Shown here: positions 50,179-60,616 of the stretch, piece by piece
Position numbering within the stretch: the stretch's first letter is position 1
Layout: each line of letters starts with the position of its first letter
Assembly (NCBI GenBank): GCA_963763085.1
Contig: CAVXNB010000003.1
Coordinates: 641,031 to 705,030 of the forward strand
Reading direction: 5' to 3'
Length of the DNA: 64,000 nt
Origin: an uncultured Acidimicrobiaceae bacterium
GTDB lineage: Bacteria > Actinomycetota > Acidimicrobiia > Acidimicrobiales > Bog-793
Position numbers and translations under genes: made by a program
The notes under the pieces: generated by a model
Seen by the model: only the letters and a program-made list of their open reading frames with translations
Databases searched by the model: none
What the model was told of the DNA's origin: nothing

Positions 50179-50453
50179 TCGTGCGCATCCTCGGTCAGGG
50201 GCAGTTCGAGCTCAACGAGAGTCAGATCGCCCCCATGGAGGAGCTCGACCAACAGCTCGTGGCGGCGCTCGACGCCGGAGACGAGTCGAGGTTCCGGGAC
50301 ATTCTCGCCCGGTTGCGCCACATCGTGCGGTCGGAGGGGGTGCCGGTTCCGGCTGACCGTTTCGTGCCGTCCGACCTGACGTTGCCCGACGAGCACGCGT
50401 CGCTCGCCGAAGTCCGCGAGCTCCTGGCATCCGAGGACGCCGGGGAGTCCTGA
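50175..50453 (+). CDS. PspA-associated protein PspAA
   Basis: MIVRILGQGQF..LD..PSD..LP; position after pspA. Confidence 0.82.
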   Translation: MIVRILGQGQFELNESQIAPMEELDQQLVAALDAGDESRFRDILARLRHIVRSEGVPVPADRFVPSDLTLPDEHASLAEVRELLASEDAGES

Positions 50454-50458
50454 GTCAC

Positions 50459-51398
50459 GTGGCAAAGACCCGCTTTCCTGCGGACCGTGGTCTCACGGCC
50501 CGCATGCTCACGACCGTCTTCCTGCTCGGGCTGCTGTACGCCCTGTTCGTCACGGTCCTGTTCCTCGTCGGAGTGAAGCTCGTCTTCATCCTCGTCATCG
50601 CGTTCGCGCTGCTGTTCGTGCAGTACTTCTTTTCGGACCGCATCGCCCTGTACTCGATGGGCGGCAAGATCGTGACCCGCGAGCAGGCACCGCAGCTCCA
50701 CGGGGTGGTCGACCGGTTGTGTGCCATGGCCAATATGCCCAAGCCCCAGGTGGCCATCGCCAACGTCGACATGCCGAACGCCTTCGCGACCGGTCGCGAC
50801 CAGAAGCATGCCGTCGTCTGCGTCACCACGGGCATCCTGCGACGCCTCGACGAGCCCGAGCTCGAGGCCGTGCTCGCCCATGAGCTGTCCCACGTCGCCC
50901 ACCGTGATGTCGCCGTCATGACCATCGCCAGCTTTCTCGGGATCCTGGCCGGCCTTCTCACCCGCGTCCTCCTCTACGCCGGGCTCTTCGGGGGCTTCGG
51001 AGGTGGCAACAACAGGAATCAGGGCGGTGGCAACGCCGGCGGACAGGTGGCTCTGATCGAGCTCGGCATGCTTGCTTTCTCGGCGGTCGTGTACGCGATC
51101 AGCTTCCTCCTCATCCGCACGCTGTCGCGCTACCGGGAGCTCGCCGCGGACCGGTCGGGGGCGATCCTGATCGGCCAACCGCGCCTGCTCGCCCAGGCGC
51201 TGGTGAAGGTGACGGGGGAGATGTCGCGGATCCCGCACGCGCGACCTCCGTGCGGCGGAACACTTCAACGCCTTCTTCTTCGCCCCCGCGTTCGCGAAGG
51301 GCGTGAGCCTTTCGACGCTCTTCTCGACCCACCCCACGCTCGAGCGGCGCCTCCAGCAGCTGACCGAGCTCGAGGCCCAGATGGGGCACGCGGCGTGA
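50459..51398 (+). CDS. htpX: Zinc metalloprotease HtpX; frameshift near 51236
   Basis: PNAFATGR, AHELSH, LSRYRE..AD; FSTHP motif in the shifted frame ending at 51398. Confidence 0.9.
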
Positions 51399-52003
51399 AG
51401 CTCTTCGACGTGCTTCTCGGCCGCACGAAGCCCGTCAAGCCCGACCTCGATCATCTCTTCGGACTCCCGGGCGCAGAGATCACCCTCGAGGCTTCTGCCG
51501 GGCTCCGCCCCACGGGGCAGGCCGGCGTCTGCTTCAAACCGGCATCCGGACAGCAGTTCGCCCAGACCACCTCGGAGGTGGAGCAGCTGCTCGACCTCGG
51601 CGGCAGTGCCAAGATCCACGAGGAGTCCGACTCCTACGGCTATCGGTGGGTCGTGATCTCCGACGACGACTTCAGCGACCTCATCAACCAGGTGCACGTC
51701 GTCAACACGACGCTCGAGGAGAACGGCTGGGGCCCGCAGCTCCTTTGCTCGGTGTTCGGATTCGAGCCGGTCCCGGGCGGCGCCGCCGACGCCGGCGCCG
51801 CCACGGGTGCCCAGAAGGTTGCCGGAACGTATCTCGTCTACCTGTACAAACGGGGCACGTTCTACCCCTTCGTGCCGCTGCCCGCGACGGAGAAGCGCGA
51901 TTCAGACCAGGAGCGCCTGCTGAACGTCATGCTGGCCACGGACCTCCAGATGGAGCCCGACCTCGAGCGCTGGTTCCCTCTGTGGGGGGTCCCGGTCCGC
52001 TGA
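51395..52003 (+). CDS. PspA-associated protein PspAB
   Basis: LLGRTKP...LDHLF, DSYGY.W, LVYLYKRGTFYPF, RWFPLW. Confidence 0.82.
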   Translation: MKLFDVLLGRTKPVKPDLDHLFGLPGAEITLEASAGLRPTGQAGVCFKPASGQQFAQTTSEVEQLLDLGGSAKIHEESDSYGYRWVVISDDDFSDLINQVHVVNTTLEENGWGPQLLCSVFGFEPVPGGAADAGAATGAQKVAGTYLVYLYKRGTFYPFVPLPATEKRDSDQERLLNVMLATDLQMEPDLERWFPLWGVPVR

Positions 52004-52004
52004 G

Positions 52005-53141
52005 CTACCCGCGCCCGCGCCCGCGCCGCCGTGCCGGGACGAGCGGGCTGCCCCGGCGGAAGGGATCCCACGCCGCAGGGGCACTTCGCAGGTAGCCGAC
52101 GACAGCCTCGGAGATCACGGCGGGTTCGAGGTCGGACGCACCGTCCGGTTCGGGTCGCATCCGGGTCGTGATGGACCCGACACCGTCCGCCACCCACCGG
52201 ACACCGGAGGGCTCGGAGGCGCTCAGCAGATCCGCCAGCGGCCCCAGGTCGGGCCGCAGTGGCACGCGCCGGCTCATGTACCGGACCCAACCCTCGTAGC
52301 GCAGGTAGAGCTCGCAACGGCCGGCCTCGAACACGAGCATCCGCGAGGCCGGCGTTGCGCTGTGCAGCGCGACCCGGTTGAGCTCTCCTCCGTCGCAACC
52401 CTCCGCAAGCGCACGCCGCGCGTCGCCGGCATCGGTCACCCGCGTCACGACCGCAAGATCCACGTGCGGAATCTCGGCGATGACCACCGCGCCGGCCCGG
52501 AGATCATCCAGCGTCGCCGCGAACGCCGTGTCCTCCTCCTCCCAGAAGCGCCGGAAACGCTCGGGATGCTCGAGCAGCTCCACGGTCCGCTCGAGCACGG
52601 CCCGGTACGGTGGGCCCGAGCCGCTCCCGGGCCGCTCGGCGGCGAATTCCGTTTCTGATGTGCCGCCGGCCGCGTCAAGGGCCATCGGCCCGATCGCGAA
52701 GGCGATCCGCGCAGCACGGCGGGATTGCACGACTCCGAAGTCGCCGCAGGACGCCACCTCGACGAGCACGCCCTCGTGCTGCAAGGCAGTCTCCGGATCG
52801 GTCATGGCGAACACCGACACGAGCCCGTCCTCGTCGAAGTGGTCGTTGGTGACCGCCTCGGCCCGCGCTCCAGCCTCGATCGCTCGACGGATCTCCGTCC
52901 CGGATCGGCCGGTCGCCCGACGACCGGAGCCGCCGTTGCCGCCGCCGGCGGCGGCGCGCAGGAACGCGAACACGATCTGAGCCGAGAGATCGCGAGCCAG
53001 AATCCCTGGAGTCGGGCTCTGGGGCCAGTGCGAGAGGGTCAGGACCGAACCGGGTCGGGTCGTCCCGTCGACGAGCACATGGGGCCGGTCTCCCAGCTCC
53101 TCGACAGGCACATAGGGAAGAGCCCGCATCACTTCGCTCAA
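52005..53141 (-). CDS. Conserved hypothetical protein (DUF6687-like)
   Basis: VDG..LTLSHWP..TP, NDHFDEDG, GDF motifs. Confidence 0.6.
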   Translation of the reverse strand: MSEVMRALPYVPVEELGDRPHVLVDGTTRPGSVLTLSHWPQSPTPGILARDLSAQIVFAFLRAAAGGGNGGSGRRATGRSGTEIRRAIEAGARAEAVTNDHFDEDGLVSVFAMTDPETALQHEGVLVEVASCGDFGVVQSRRAARIAFAIGPMALDAAGGTSETEFAAERPGSGSGPPYRAVLERTVELLEHPERFRRFWEEEDTAFAATLDDLRAGAVVIAEIPHVDLAVVTRVTDAGDARRALAEGCDGGELNRVALHSATPASRMLVFEAGRCELYLRYEGWVRYMSRRVPLRPDLGPLADLLSASEPSGVRWVADGVGSITTRMRPEPDGASDLEPAVISEAVVGYLRSAPAAWDPFRRGSPLVPARRRGRGRG

Positions 53142-54436
53142 CCTTCGAGCGCGGCCTCGTCCAGAAGATCGGCGAACTTTGCCATCGCGACAGCGCGACG
53201 TGTCGGGACGTGTTCGGTCGGGACCTCGACGCTCCGGTAGCGCTTCAACGCGTGCCGGGCGACGGTGACACGGTGCACTTCGTCCGGGCCGTCATAGATT
53301 CGAGCGGCCCGTGCCGCCCGGTACATGTGCTCCAGCGGAAGATCCGTCGAGTAACCGAGCGATCCGTGAACCTGAATCGCCCTGTCGATCACGTCGTAGA
53401 GGACCTTCGCCCCGAAGTACTTGATCATGGCGATCTCGTCGCGGGCGGCGGAAGCCCCTTCCTTGTCCATCTTCCACGCCGCGTGCAGGGTCAGAAGCCG
53501 CGCCGCGCTCATCTCGACCAGCGAATCGGCCACCCAGTTCTGGACTGTCTGCTTCTCCGCCAGGTACGAGCCATGTGTGTAGCGGGAGACCGCCCGCTCG
53601 CACAGCATGTCGAACGCCCGACGGGATTGCCCCAGCCAGCGCATGCAGTGGTGGATCCGCCCCGGCCCGAGGCGCTGCTGGGCGAGACGGAACCCGTCGC
53701 CTTCGTTGCCCAGGAGATTGCCGACCGGCACCCGCACGTCGCGGTAGACGATCTCGGAGTGGGCACCGAATTTGCCGAAGTGCTCGACCGGGTCCTCCAT
53801 CGTGGCGACGTCGCGCAAGACCTCGACCCCGGGTGTCGCCGCGGGCACGAGGATCATCGACGAGCCCTGGTAGGCATGGACGTCCGGATTCGTCACGGCC
53901 ATCACGATGAGCACGTCGGCGATCGAGCCGTTTGTCGTGAACCACTTGTGGCCGTTGATGACCCACTCGTCGCCGTCGCGCACCGCCGTCGTCGAGATCA
54001 GCGTCGGGTCCGCGCCGGCGCCGGGCTCGGTCATGGAAAACCCGCTGCGGATCCTGCCGGCGAGGAGCGGTTCGAGCCATTGCGTCCGCTGGTCCTGGCG
54101 GCCCGTGGCCTCGATGCCGATCGCGATGAGCTCGGCGTTGCCTGAGTCGGGGGCGTTGTTGCCGAACGCGACCGGCCCGTACGGCGTCTGGCCGAGAATC
54201 TCGTGCATCAGTCCGAGCTTGACCTGGCCGAATCCTCCGCCGCCCAGTTCGGGCGGTAGATGCGAGGCCCACAGTCCCTGGCGGCGCACCTCCTCCTGGA
54301 GCGGTTCGAGGACACGCGTCAGCTGCCGCTGGCTCAGATTCAGGGTCTCGAGGGGGAAGATCTCTTCGCGGACGAAGGCGCGCATCCAGGCGAGCTTCTG
54401 TTCAAACTCCGGCTCGGTCTCGAAGTCCCAGGCCAT
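53138..54436 (-). CDS. Acyl-CoA dehydrogenase (ACAD10/11-like)
   Basis: NNAPDSGNAE, FSMTEP, RLGPGRIHHCMR, RIYDGPDEVHR. Confidence 0.94.
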   Translation of the reverse strand: MAWDFETEPEFEQKLAWMRAFVREEIFPLETLNLSQRQLTRVLEPLQEEVRRQGLWASHLPPELGGGGFGQVKLGLMHEILGQTPYGPVAFGNNAPDSGNAELIAIGIEATGRQDQRTQWLEPLLAGRIRSGFSMTEPGAGADPTLISTTAVRDGDEWVINGHKWFTTNGSIADVLIVMAVTNPDVHAYQGSSMILVPAATPGVEVLRDVATMEDPVEHFGKFGAHSEIVYRDVRVPVGNLLGNEGDGFRLAQQRLGPGRIHHCMRWLGQSRRAFDMLCERAVSRYTHGSYLAEKQTVQNWVADSLVEMSAARLLTLHAAWKMDKEGASAARDEIAMIKYFGAKVLYDVIDRAIQVHGSLGYSTDLPLEHMYRAARAARIYDGPDEVHRVTVARHALKRYRSVEVPTEHVPTRRAVAMAKFADLLDEAALEG

Positions 54437-54531
54437 GACGGATCTCCTCACGCGGTCGCTGCGTCACGCGCTGTCCGCGTTCGACGCCCTGGCCAACCTT
54501 ATGCGAGGACGCGAATCGTGCGTCCTGCCGC

Positions 54532-56865
54532 TCAGCCGATGGCGGGACAGGAAGCGGTCGGGCAGACAATGTAATTGTCGACCAACCACAGCGGCACGCC
54601 GGCGGGGAGCACGTGCGGCGGTGCCGCGAATTCCAGCCGCGAGTCGAAACTGAACTGCTTCGTGTACCCGCTCTGGCCGACGTAGCCGAACGGGCCTCGG
54701 AAGTAGCTCAGGTCGGCTCCGTTGAGGTTTACGCCGCCCGACAGCGGCGTCGTGTCCCAATTCTCCACGCCGAAGGAGCCGTTCAAGCCGAAGATCGCCG
54801 CGTCGACGATGATGTTGGTCGGGTTGCACACCGTCGGCCAGATGTCGGCCGGGTCATTGGGATACGAGGTGCCGTTGATAACGGTACCGGCGTTGGTCGG
54901 GGCGCCGGTACCGTCGCCGAACCCGTGATTGATGCAGTCCTGCGGGTTCTCGAGAGGGTTGGTAAACGTGGGCTGGTTGCCGGAGATGAGGACGTCGTAC
55001 TTGGCCGAAAGGCCCAGGATGTCCGGAGTTGTGGAGCTCGTGCACGCCGAGACCGAGGACGGGTTCGTGGCCGACGCGCCCCCGGATCCGTCGGCGCACT
55101 GATAGGTCAGGTCCCGCGTGATCATGATGTTGGCGCTGGACGCGATGGTGAGCTGGCCGTGCAGCTCTCCTTCGACGTAGACGTCACCTTCGTAGCACTG
55201 CGGGCTCGTCGCGGGGTTCGAGTACTGATAGGGATTGAAGCACGGCGTTGAGCCGTCGCTCGGAACACTTGGCGGGATAGGCGCCCCGCTGGAATTCGTC
55301 TGCAGCGTGTAGTCCTGCACGTAGACCACGCCGTCACTCGGCAAGGCGATGCCGGTGATGAACGGATTCGCCGCCGAGAACGTGGAGCCGCCCGAGCAGC
55401 TCGACGTCGTGATGGTCGTGTTGGTCGAGAGCGGGCTCCAGACGTTCATGGTCGTGCTGGTGCCGGTCGTGACGAGCTGAATCATCGTAGGCCCGACATA
55501 GGTGCAACCCGTTCCGGTCGTCCCCGTGGGCGGGCTGCTCGTCCCGTACTGGGCGAGGGCGCTGTTCAGGCTCGGAAGGCTCTGGGAGCCGTTGAGCGAG
55601 ACGCCGTGGGCGATGTTCGGGTTGGCGCCCGACCCGCCGCAGTTAACACTGTCGACCGTGTAGCCCTCGGGAACGTAGTCGCCGATGAGCGACGTCGGAT
55701 AGGGGCCGTTGGCGCCGGAGTTCGCAGCCGTGACGAGCACCGATCCGGGTACCTGGTACAGGTAGGGAACATCGGAGGGGGCACCGGACGTGAGCGAGAC
55801 GGGTGAGCCGTTGAAAGTGGGCGAACCGCAGACGTGAAGCTGGTCGTTCGTGTACACCGGACCGTTGAAGTTCTCACCTGAGACGAAGTCATAGGGTGCC
55901 TCGCAGGGAAGACTCTGGGTGGTCACCGTGGTCGTGCCGCTCGAGCTGACGACGCCGCTCCCGTTGACGTTGAAGCTGAAGCCGGAGTTCTGCAGATACG
56001 GCCCGTAGTAGGGGTGCGAGTTCGAATACGTCGTGCCCCCGATCGTGAGCCCCAACGAGTCGATGAAGGTGTTCTGGCTGTACGTGTCGTACTGGCAGGT
56101 GGCTTGCCAGACCGAGACGTCGTTCACGTTCACGGTGGTGCCGGAGCCGTTGGTGTAGCTGTAGGAGATGTTGTACTGGGTCTCCGCTGTCGAGGTCGTG
56201 GCGCCGCCGGAGGTGCTCGTCGTGACGTTGATGCCCTGAATCGTCTGCGAGGAAGGATCGAGCACCTCGATGTTGGAGTAATAGGCGTCGTCGAGAATCG
56301 AGGACGTGCTGAAGCTCGCCTCGGCGTTGACGTAGGAGTACGTCCCACGCGTGCCGGCTCGACCCGTGACGCTGAGCACGATCGTTCCCGCGGCCGCGCC
56401 GGTCTGGCTGAACAGGCTCGAGTCGTTCGGCGAGTAGTGGAAGGCCTCGGGTGGACTCGTTCCCGACAGGTCGCACGTCGAGGACAGTCCCGCTCCGCAC
56501 CAACCCTGGTTGGGGTTGGACGTCGAGAGCGCCGCCAGTGCGGCGTCGTTGGTCGGGTTGTTGCCTGAGTTGTAGGCGTAGTAGGCGGAGTACGAGTCGA
56601 GATTGTCCCGGTACCACTGGATGCCCGCCTCGGCGGCGGCGAGCGCGGCCGCCTTGTTCGTGGACCTGGCGAGCAGAGGGGTATCGGAGGTCACCTGCCC
56701 GGCCATGACGGGTGCGAGCGTCGCGAGGAGCACGAGAAGCACCAGGACGATGACGATCGTCTGGCCCGACTCGTCCCGACTCTCGAGGCGCCGCCGGAGA
56801 CGGTCGGAGACGGCCCGAAGAACCGGGCGCTGCAGAGGCCGACGCACGGCCGAGACCCGGGTCAT
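54532..56865 (-). CDS. Large PilX-like type IV minor pilin (paralog 1)
   Basis: Basic leader, ESG|QTIVIVLVLL (no Glu5), AALAAAEAGI PilX motif, C-terminal GYTKQFSFDSRL..APP. Confidence 0.8.
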   Translation of the reverse strand: MTRVSAVRRPLQRPVLRAVSDRLRRRLESRDESGQTIVIVLVLLVLLATLAPVMAGQVTSDTPLLARSTNKAAALAAAEAGIQWYRDNLDSYSAYYAYNSGNNPTNDAALAALSTSNPNQGWCGAGLSSTCDLSGTSPPEAFHYSPNDSSLFSQTGAAAGTIVLSVTGRAGTRGTYSYVNAEASFSTSSILDDAYYSNIEVLDPSSQTIQGINVTTSTSGGATTSTAETQYNISYSYTNGSGTTVNVNDVSVWQATCQYDTYSQNTFIDSLGLTIGGTTYSNSHPYYGPYLQNSGFSFNVNGSGVVSSSGTTTVTTQSLPCEAPYDFVSGENFNGPVYTNDQLHVCGSPTFNGSPVSLTSGAPSDVPYLYQVPGSVLVTAANSGANGPYPTSLIGDYVPEGYTVDSVNCGGSGANPNIAHGVSLNGSQSLPSLNSALAQYGTSSPPTGTTGTGCTYVGPTMIQLVTTGTSTTMNVWSPLSTNTTITTSSCSGGSTFSAANPFITGIALPSDGVVYVQDYTLQTNSSGAPIPPSVPSDGSTPCFNPYQYSNPATSPQCYEGDVYVEGELHGQLTIASSANIMITRDLTYQCADGSGGASATNPSSVSACTSSTTPDILGLSAKYDVLISGNQPTFTNPLENPQDCINHGFGDGTGAPTNAGTVINGTSYPNDPADIWPTVCNPTNIIVDAAIFGLNGSFGVENWDTTPLSGGVNLNGADLSYFRGPFGYVGQSGYTKQFSFDSRLEFAAPPHVLPAGVPLWLVDNYIVCPTASCPAIG

Positions 56866-58133
56866 CACGGTGTTCCCGTTCCGGTCCACGGTCCCGACGC
56901 CGCGTAGGTCGAGTTGCCGCCGTAGCTGGCGGTGACGTTGTACACCTTCCCGCTGTTCAGCCCGGACTTCGAGAACACCGCCGTGCCTGAGCTGAGGGTG
57001 GTCGAGCCGCTGTAGGTCGTACATCCTCCGAAGCCGCAGCTACCCGACTGTTGCAGGGTGAAGCTGACTTGTCCGGTCGCCGCAGACGGGGACACCGTCG
57101 CCGTGATGGTGAGCGTGCCGCTGACGGGTTTGGTGACGACCGCGGTGATCGACGTGGCGAAGGGAACGACGATCGAGTCCACCGCCGACGTCGAGGGCTG
57201 GAAGTCGCTTGTGCCGGAGAAGGAGGCGCTCACGCTGTAGGTGCCTCCCGAGCCCGGCGTGAAGCTGCAGGAGGCGGTTCCGGTCGTGGTGTTCACGTCG
57301 ACCGGCGCTGTGCAGACGGACAGCACGGTCGCACCTTGGCTCACGCTGAAGGTCACGTTCCCTCCGTCCGGTACCGGGCTGACGGTCGCGGTGAGCGCCA
57401 ACGGTGAGCCGACCGCGATGGTCCCGCTGGCGGTGACCGAGATCGACGACGTCGGGGCCGGGGCGCCGGCAGCGTTCTGGAGATAGATCGTCGTCTGGAA
57501 GTTGCTCGCCCGTACGGCGTGGAACCCGTACTTCGGTGTGTGCGGCCCGGCCAGGAACGTCACGTCGACGGCCACGGCAACGATCTCGCTGAGCTGGGCA
57601 TTCGTCGGCGCAGTCGTGGAGGAGAGCCCCACCGGCGTGGTGCTGTAGTTGTTGTAGAAGTACGTGAACACCGCCGAGGAGTTCACGGCATCGTAGGTGC
57701 CGATGCTCGTCGTGACCCCACCGTCGGGCGTGAGCGAGGTCGTGAAGGTGGCGTCGAGGGCAGGATTGCCGGAGTTGTGGAGCACAGCCTGCAGGGTCGC
57801 CGTCTGCGCGGTGCCGCTCGAGTTGACGCCGGCCAGGATGCTGGCGTTGAGCGTCGTCGCGTTCGAGCCCGGCAGGATCACGATCGCGGCGTGGAGGTAT
57901 TGCATCAGTGCCTGTCCCGCGGTCTGGTCCTGCTGCACCCCGGTCATCGTGTCGTGGACGTTCTGGCTCTGCTGGAACAGGTTCGTCACGAGGGCGAGCA
58001 CGATCGGGACGATCACCGAGATGATGACGAGCGTGACGAGCGTCTCGATCAGCGTGAAGCCCTCGTCCTCGCCTTCGTGTATCCGGTCCCGGTGCCGGTA
58101 GCGTCGAAGGGCGGCTGCCAGGCGAGCTCTCAT
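56865..58133 (-). CDS. Type IV prepilin (PilW-like) with two C-terminal Ig-like domains
   Basis: DEG|FTLIETLV; LTATVSP..G.VTF..YSVSASFSG..PS and ..YNVTASYGG repeats. Confidence 0.85.
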   Translation of the reverse strand: MRARLAAALRRYRHRDRIHEGEDEGFTLIETLVTLVIISVIVPIVLALVTNLFQQSQNVHDTMTGVQQDQTAGQALMQYLHAAIVILPGSNATTLNASILAGVNSSGTAQTATLQAVLHNSGNPALDATFTTSLTPDGGVTTSIGTYDAVNSSAVFTYFYNNYSTTPVGLSSTTAPTNAQLSEIVAVAVDVTFLAGPHTPKYGFHAVRASNFQTTIYLQNAAGAPAPTSSISVTASGTIAVGSPLALTATVSPVPDGGNVTFSVSQGATVLSVCTAPVDVNTTTGTASCSFTPGSGGTYSVSASFSGTSDFQPSTSAVDSIVVPFATSITAVVTKPVSGTLTITATVSPSAATGQVSFTLQQSGSCGFGGCTTYSGSTTLSSGTAVFSKSGLNSGKVYNVTASYGGNSTYAASGPWTGTGTP

Positions 58134-59728
58134 CCGACCGTCACCCCCAGGGCCGTCGTCACGGGCGAGCTGCACGGGGCGGCCTGAGGGCTCGAGGACT
58201 CGCAGTAGCCCGTCGGCAGCATCCAGACGTAGACCGGAGTGGTATGTGAAGAGGTCACGCTCACGGCGGGGTTCGAACCGGTCACCGTCGCCAGGATCTG
58301 GAACTGACCGAGGGGAAGCCCCGTCGCAACGGTTCCGGAAGTGCCGTTGAGCGTCATCGTGTCGCCTCCTCCGGCGTCCACCGCGGTCAGCTTGGTGATG
58401 GTCCCGGCGTCGCTCTTCGGCGCTGCCACTGTGAGCGTGAGCGGGTAGACGGGCAACGTGATCGTTACGGTCGTGTTCGACACGGCCTGGAAGCTCGTCG
58501 CGACGTCACTTCCATAGACAGCGTCGCCGTTGGAATCCTGATACGAGGGTTCGCTGTCGGCCTGGTCACCCGCCCAGGCCGAGTAGTTCGGGTTCGTACC
58601 CGTGACCGCCGGCCCGGGATAGAGCAGGGCGGTCTGGGCGCTCGCCGAACTGGAGTTGAAGGCAGTGCTGCCGTTGCCGATCACACACGTCTCGGCCGCG
58701 AGGCTCGAGCACAGCAGGGTCGAGCTCTGCACCGAGATCGGGAGGTAGGGCGCCGGGGCCACGGCCGAGGTCCCGCCTGCGAAGCTCATCGTTTGGAACT
58801 TCACCGTCGTGGTCGCGCCGGGCGCCAGGATGATGTTTGGGTTGGAGACGACGGTCACCGTATTCGGCTGCACCGAGATACCGGTCCGGGTCGGCTGGCC
58901 GGTTGCTGTCGCCGCGTTGGAAAGCTCGTTCGGGTCGACGTAGGGAGACACGGGCGAGACCGTGACGTTGTACGTCCAGCCGGCGCCGGCGAAGAGGTCG
59001 GCGAACACCGCGCAGCCGGTCGAGCCGGTGTTGGCCGATTCCGTGGTGCTCTCGTTGCTCGGGACGGTCTCCCCGGAGCACTGCGAGCCGGCGCAGGAAC
59101 CCGTGACCGTGATATTGATCGGCGTCGTGGTCTCGAGCGTGGCGTCGTCGGAGTTGTAGACCGGCACGGCGATCTCCGCGGCATTGTTGTCGGCGAGATC
59201 GGCCAGCGCGGGAGACACGAGCGTCGTCGCGACGACGTGGCCCTGCTGGCCGCCGTTGTGACCCCAGCTCACCGTCGCCTTGACCGTCCAGATGCGGCTG
59301 GAGAGCTGGCCCGGCGGCGCGATGCAGATCGTTGACGCGGCGCCGGTGCCGGCGACGAGCTCCCAGTCGAGGGTGACAGTGAACGGGTCCTTCCCCGAGT
59401 ACTGCGTCGAGGTCGTTACGCCGGCGGTGGGGTTCACCCCGTTGGCCGTCTGGTACTGGGCGGTCTCGAGCGCCTGGGTGGCGAGGTCGGAGGCCTCGAC
59501 GCGCAGGTGAAGGGCGTTCGAGCTGCTCTCGGTCGCGATGGCGAGATGCGTGACCGGCACGACGACGAGAGCGAGCAGCGCAACCGAGACGACCGCTTCG
59601 ACGATCCCGAAGCCCGCGTCGTCGCCCCTGCGTAAGCGGCTGAGGCGCGACGCGCTGAACCTTGGTCGCAATCTTCCGGCGTGCAGACGCCGACCGATGG
59701 CCCACTTCTCCCTCGCGCAAAGTGACAT
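58130..59728 (-). CDS. Large type IV prepilin (PilV-like)
   Basis: DAG|FGIVEAVVSVALL, LATQALE; Thr/Ser/Gly-rich beta domains with Cys pairs. Confidence 0.8.
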   Translation of the reverse strand: MSLCAREKWAIGRRLHAGRLRPRFSASRLSRLRRGDDAGFGIVEAVVSVALLALVVVPVTHLAIATESSSNALHLRVEASDLATQALETAQYQTANGVNPTAGVTTSTQYSGKDPFTVTLDWELVAGTGAASTICIAPPGQLSSRIWTVKATVSWGHNGGQQGHVVATTLVSPALADLADNNAAEIAVPVYNSDDATLETTTPINITVTGSCAGSQCSGETVPSNESTTESANTGSTGCAVFADLFAGAGWTYNVTVSPVSPYVDPNELSNAATATGQPTRTGISVQPNTVTVVSNPNIILAPGATTTVKFQTMSFAGGTSAVAPAPYLPISVQSSTLLCSSLAAETCVIGNGSTAFNSSSASAQTALLYPGPAVTGTNPNYSAWAGDQADSEPSYQDSNGDAVYGSDVATSFQAVSNTTVTITLPVYPLTLTVAAPKSDAGTITKLTAVDAGGGDTMTLNGTSGTVATGLPLGQFQILATVTGSNPAVSVTSSHTTPVYVWMLPTGYCESSSPQAAPCSSPVTTALGVTVG

Positions 59729-59793
59729 TTGTATCGCTCCCGGACAACAGCCCTAGCCAGGCAGCGAATATCCTACACAGTTTCGCGCTCACA

Positions 59794-59822
59794 GTGTCAA
59801 CTCAGCCACGCTGAGTTGACAC
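59794..59822. promoter_or_regulatory. Perfect 13-bp inverted repeat (xth terminator or pilin-operon operator)
   Basis: GTGTCAACTCAGC-CAC-GCTGAGTTGACAC between the xth stop and the pilV-like start. Confidence 0.65.
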
Positions 59823-59829
59823 ACGGAAG

Positions 59830-60603
59830 TCAAACTAGGAAATCGACCAACACCGGAGCGTGGTCGGACGGCTGCTTGCCCTTGCGGGCGTTGCGGTCGA
59901 TCAGAGCAAAGCTGGCCCGATCCGCCAGCACCCGCGTTGCCAGCAGGAGATCGATCCGCATGCCGCGACCCGAGTGAAAATCGCCTGCACGGTAGTCCCA
60001 CCACGAGAACAGGCGCGGGGTCTCGGGATAGAGGGACCGGAACACGTCGGTCAGCCCGAAGGCGAGCACGTCCGTGAGCGCGCTCCGCTCCTCCGGGGTG
60101 ACGTGCGTGGCTCCGACGAAGAACGCCGGGTCGAAGACGTCGAGATCGGTGGGCGCGACGTTGAAGTCTCCGCAGACCACGAGCGGCTCGCCCGGGTCGG
60201 CCGTCTCGTCCAGCTGCCGGCGCAGGTCGCGCAGGAACTCGAGCTTCGCCTCGAAGAACTCGGTGCCAACGGCACGCCCGTTCGGGACGTAGACGCTCAT
60301 GACCCGCACACCGCCGCACGTCGCCGCGATCAGCCGGCGCTCGGCCGCCTCCTCGCCTCCGCTGAAGCCGGATGCGACGTCGTCGAGGCCGACCCTGGAG
60401 GCGATGGCGACGCCGTTCCAGCGCCCGTCCCCGTGATGGGCCACCTCATAGCCCAGCTTCTGGAACCGGTCGGATGGGAAGGCGTCGTCGGCCAGCTTGG
60501 TCTCCTGAAAGCAGCACACGTCGGGTTCGCTCTGCTGTAGCCATTCCTCGACCCGCTCGAGTCGCGCCCGCAGCGAGTTGACATTCCAGGTGGCGATTCG
60601 CAC
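59830..60603 (-). CDS. xth: Exodeoxyribonuclease III
   Basis: ATWNVNS, QETK, NGVAI, GDFN, SWWDYR, RID, SDHAP. Confidence 0.96.
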   Translation of the reverse strand: MRIATWNVNSLRARLERVEEWLQQSEPDVCCFQETKLADDAFPSDRFQKLGYEVAHHGDGRWNGVAIASRVGLDDVASGFSGGEEAAERRLIAATCGGVRVMSVYVPNGRAVGTEFFEAKLEFLRDLRRQLDETADPGEPLVVCGDFNVAPTDLDVFDPAFFVGATHVTPEERSALTDVLAFGLTDVFRSLYPETPRLFSWWDYRAGDFHSGRGMRIDLLLATRVLADRASFALIDRNARKGKQPSDHAPVLVDFLV

Positions 60604-60616
60604 GTGGTTGCTCCGA

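Noticed and set aside
50459-52003. HtpX-PspAB fusion ORF (514 aa)
   Set aside because: The HtpX STHP terminus is in another frame with its own stop overlapping the PspAB GTG
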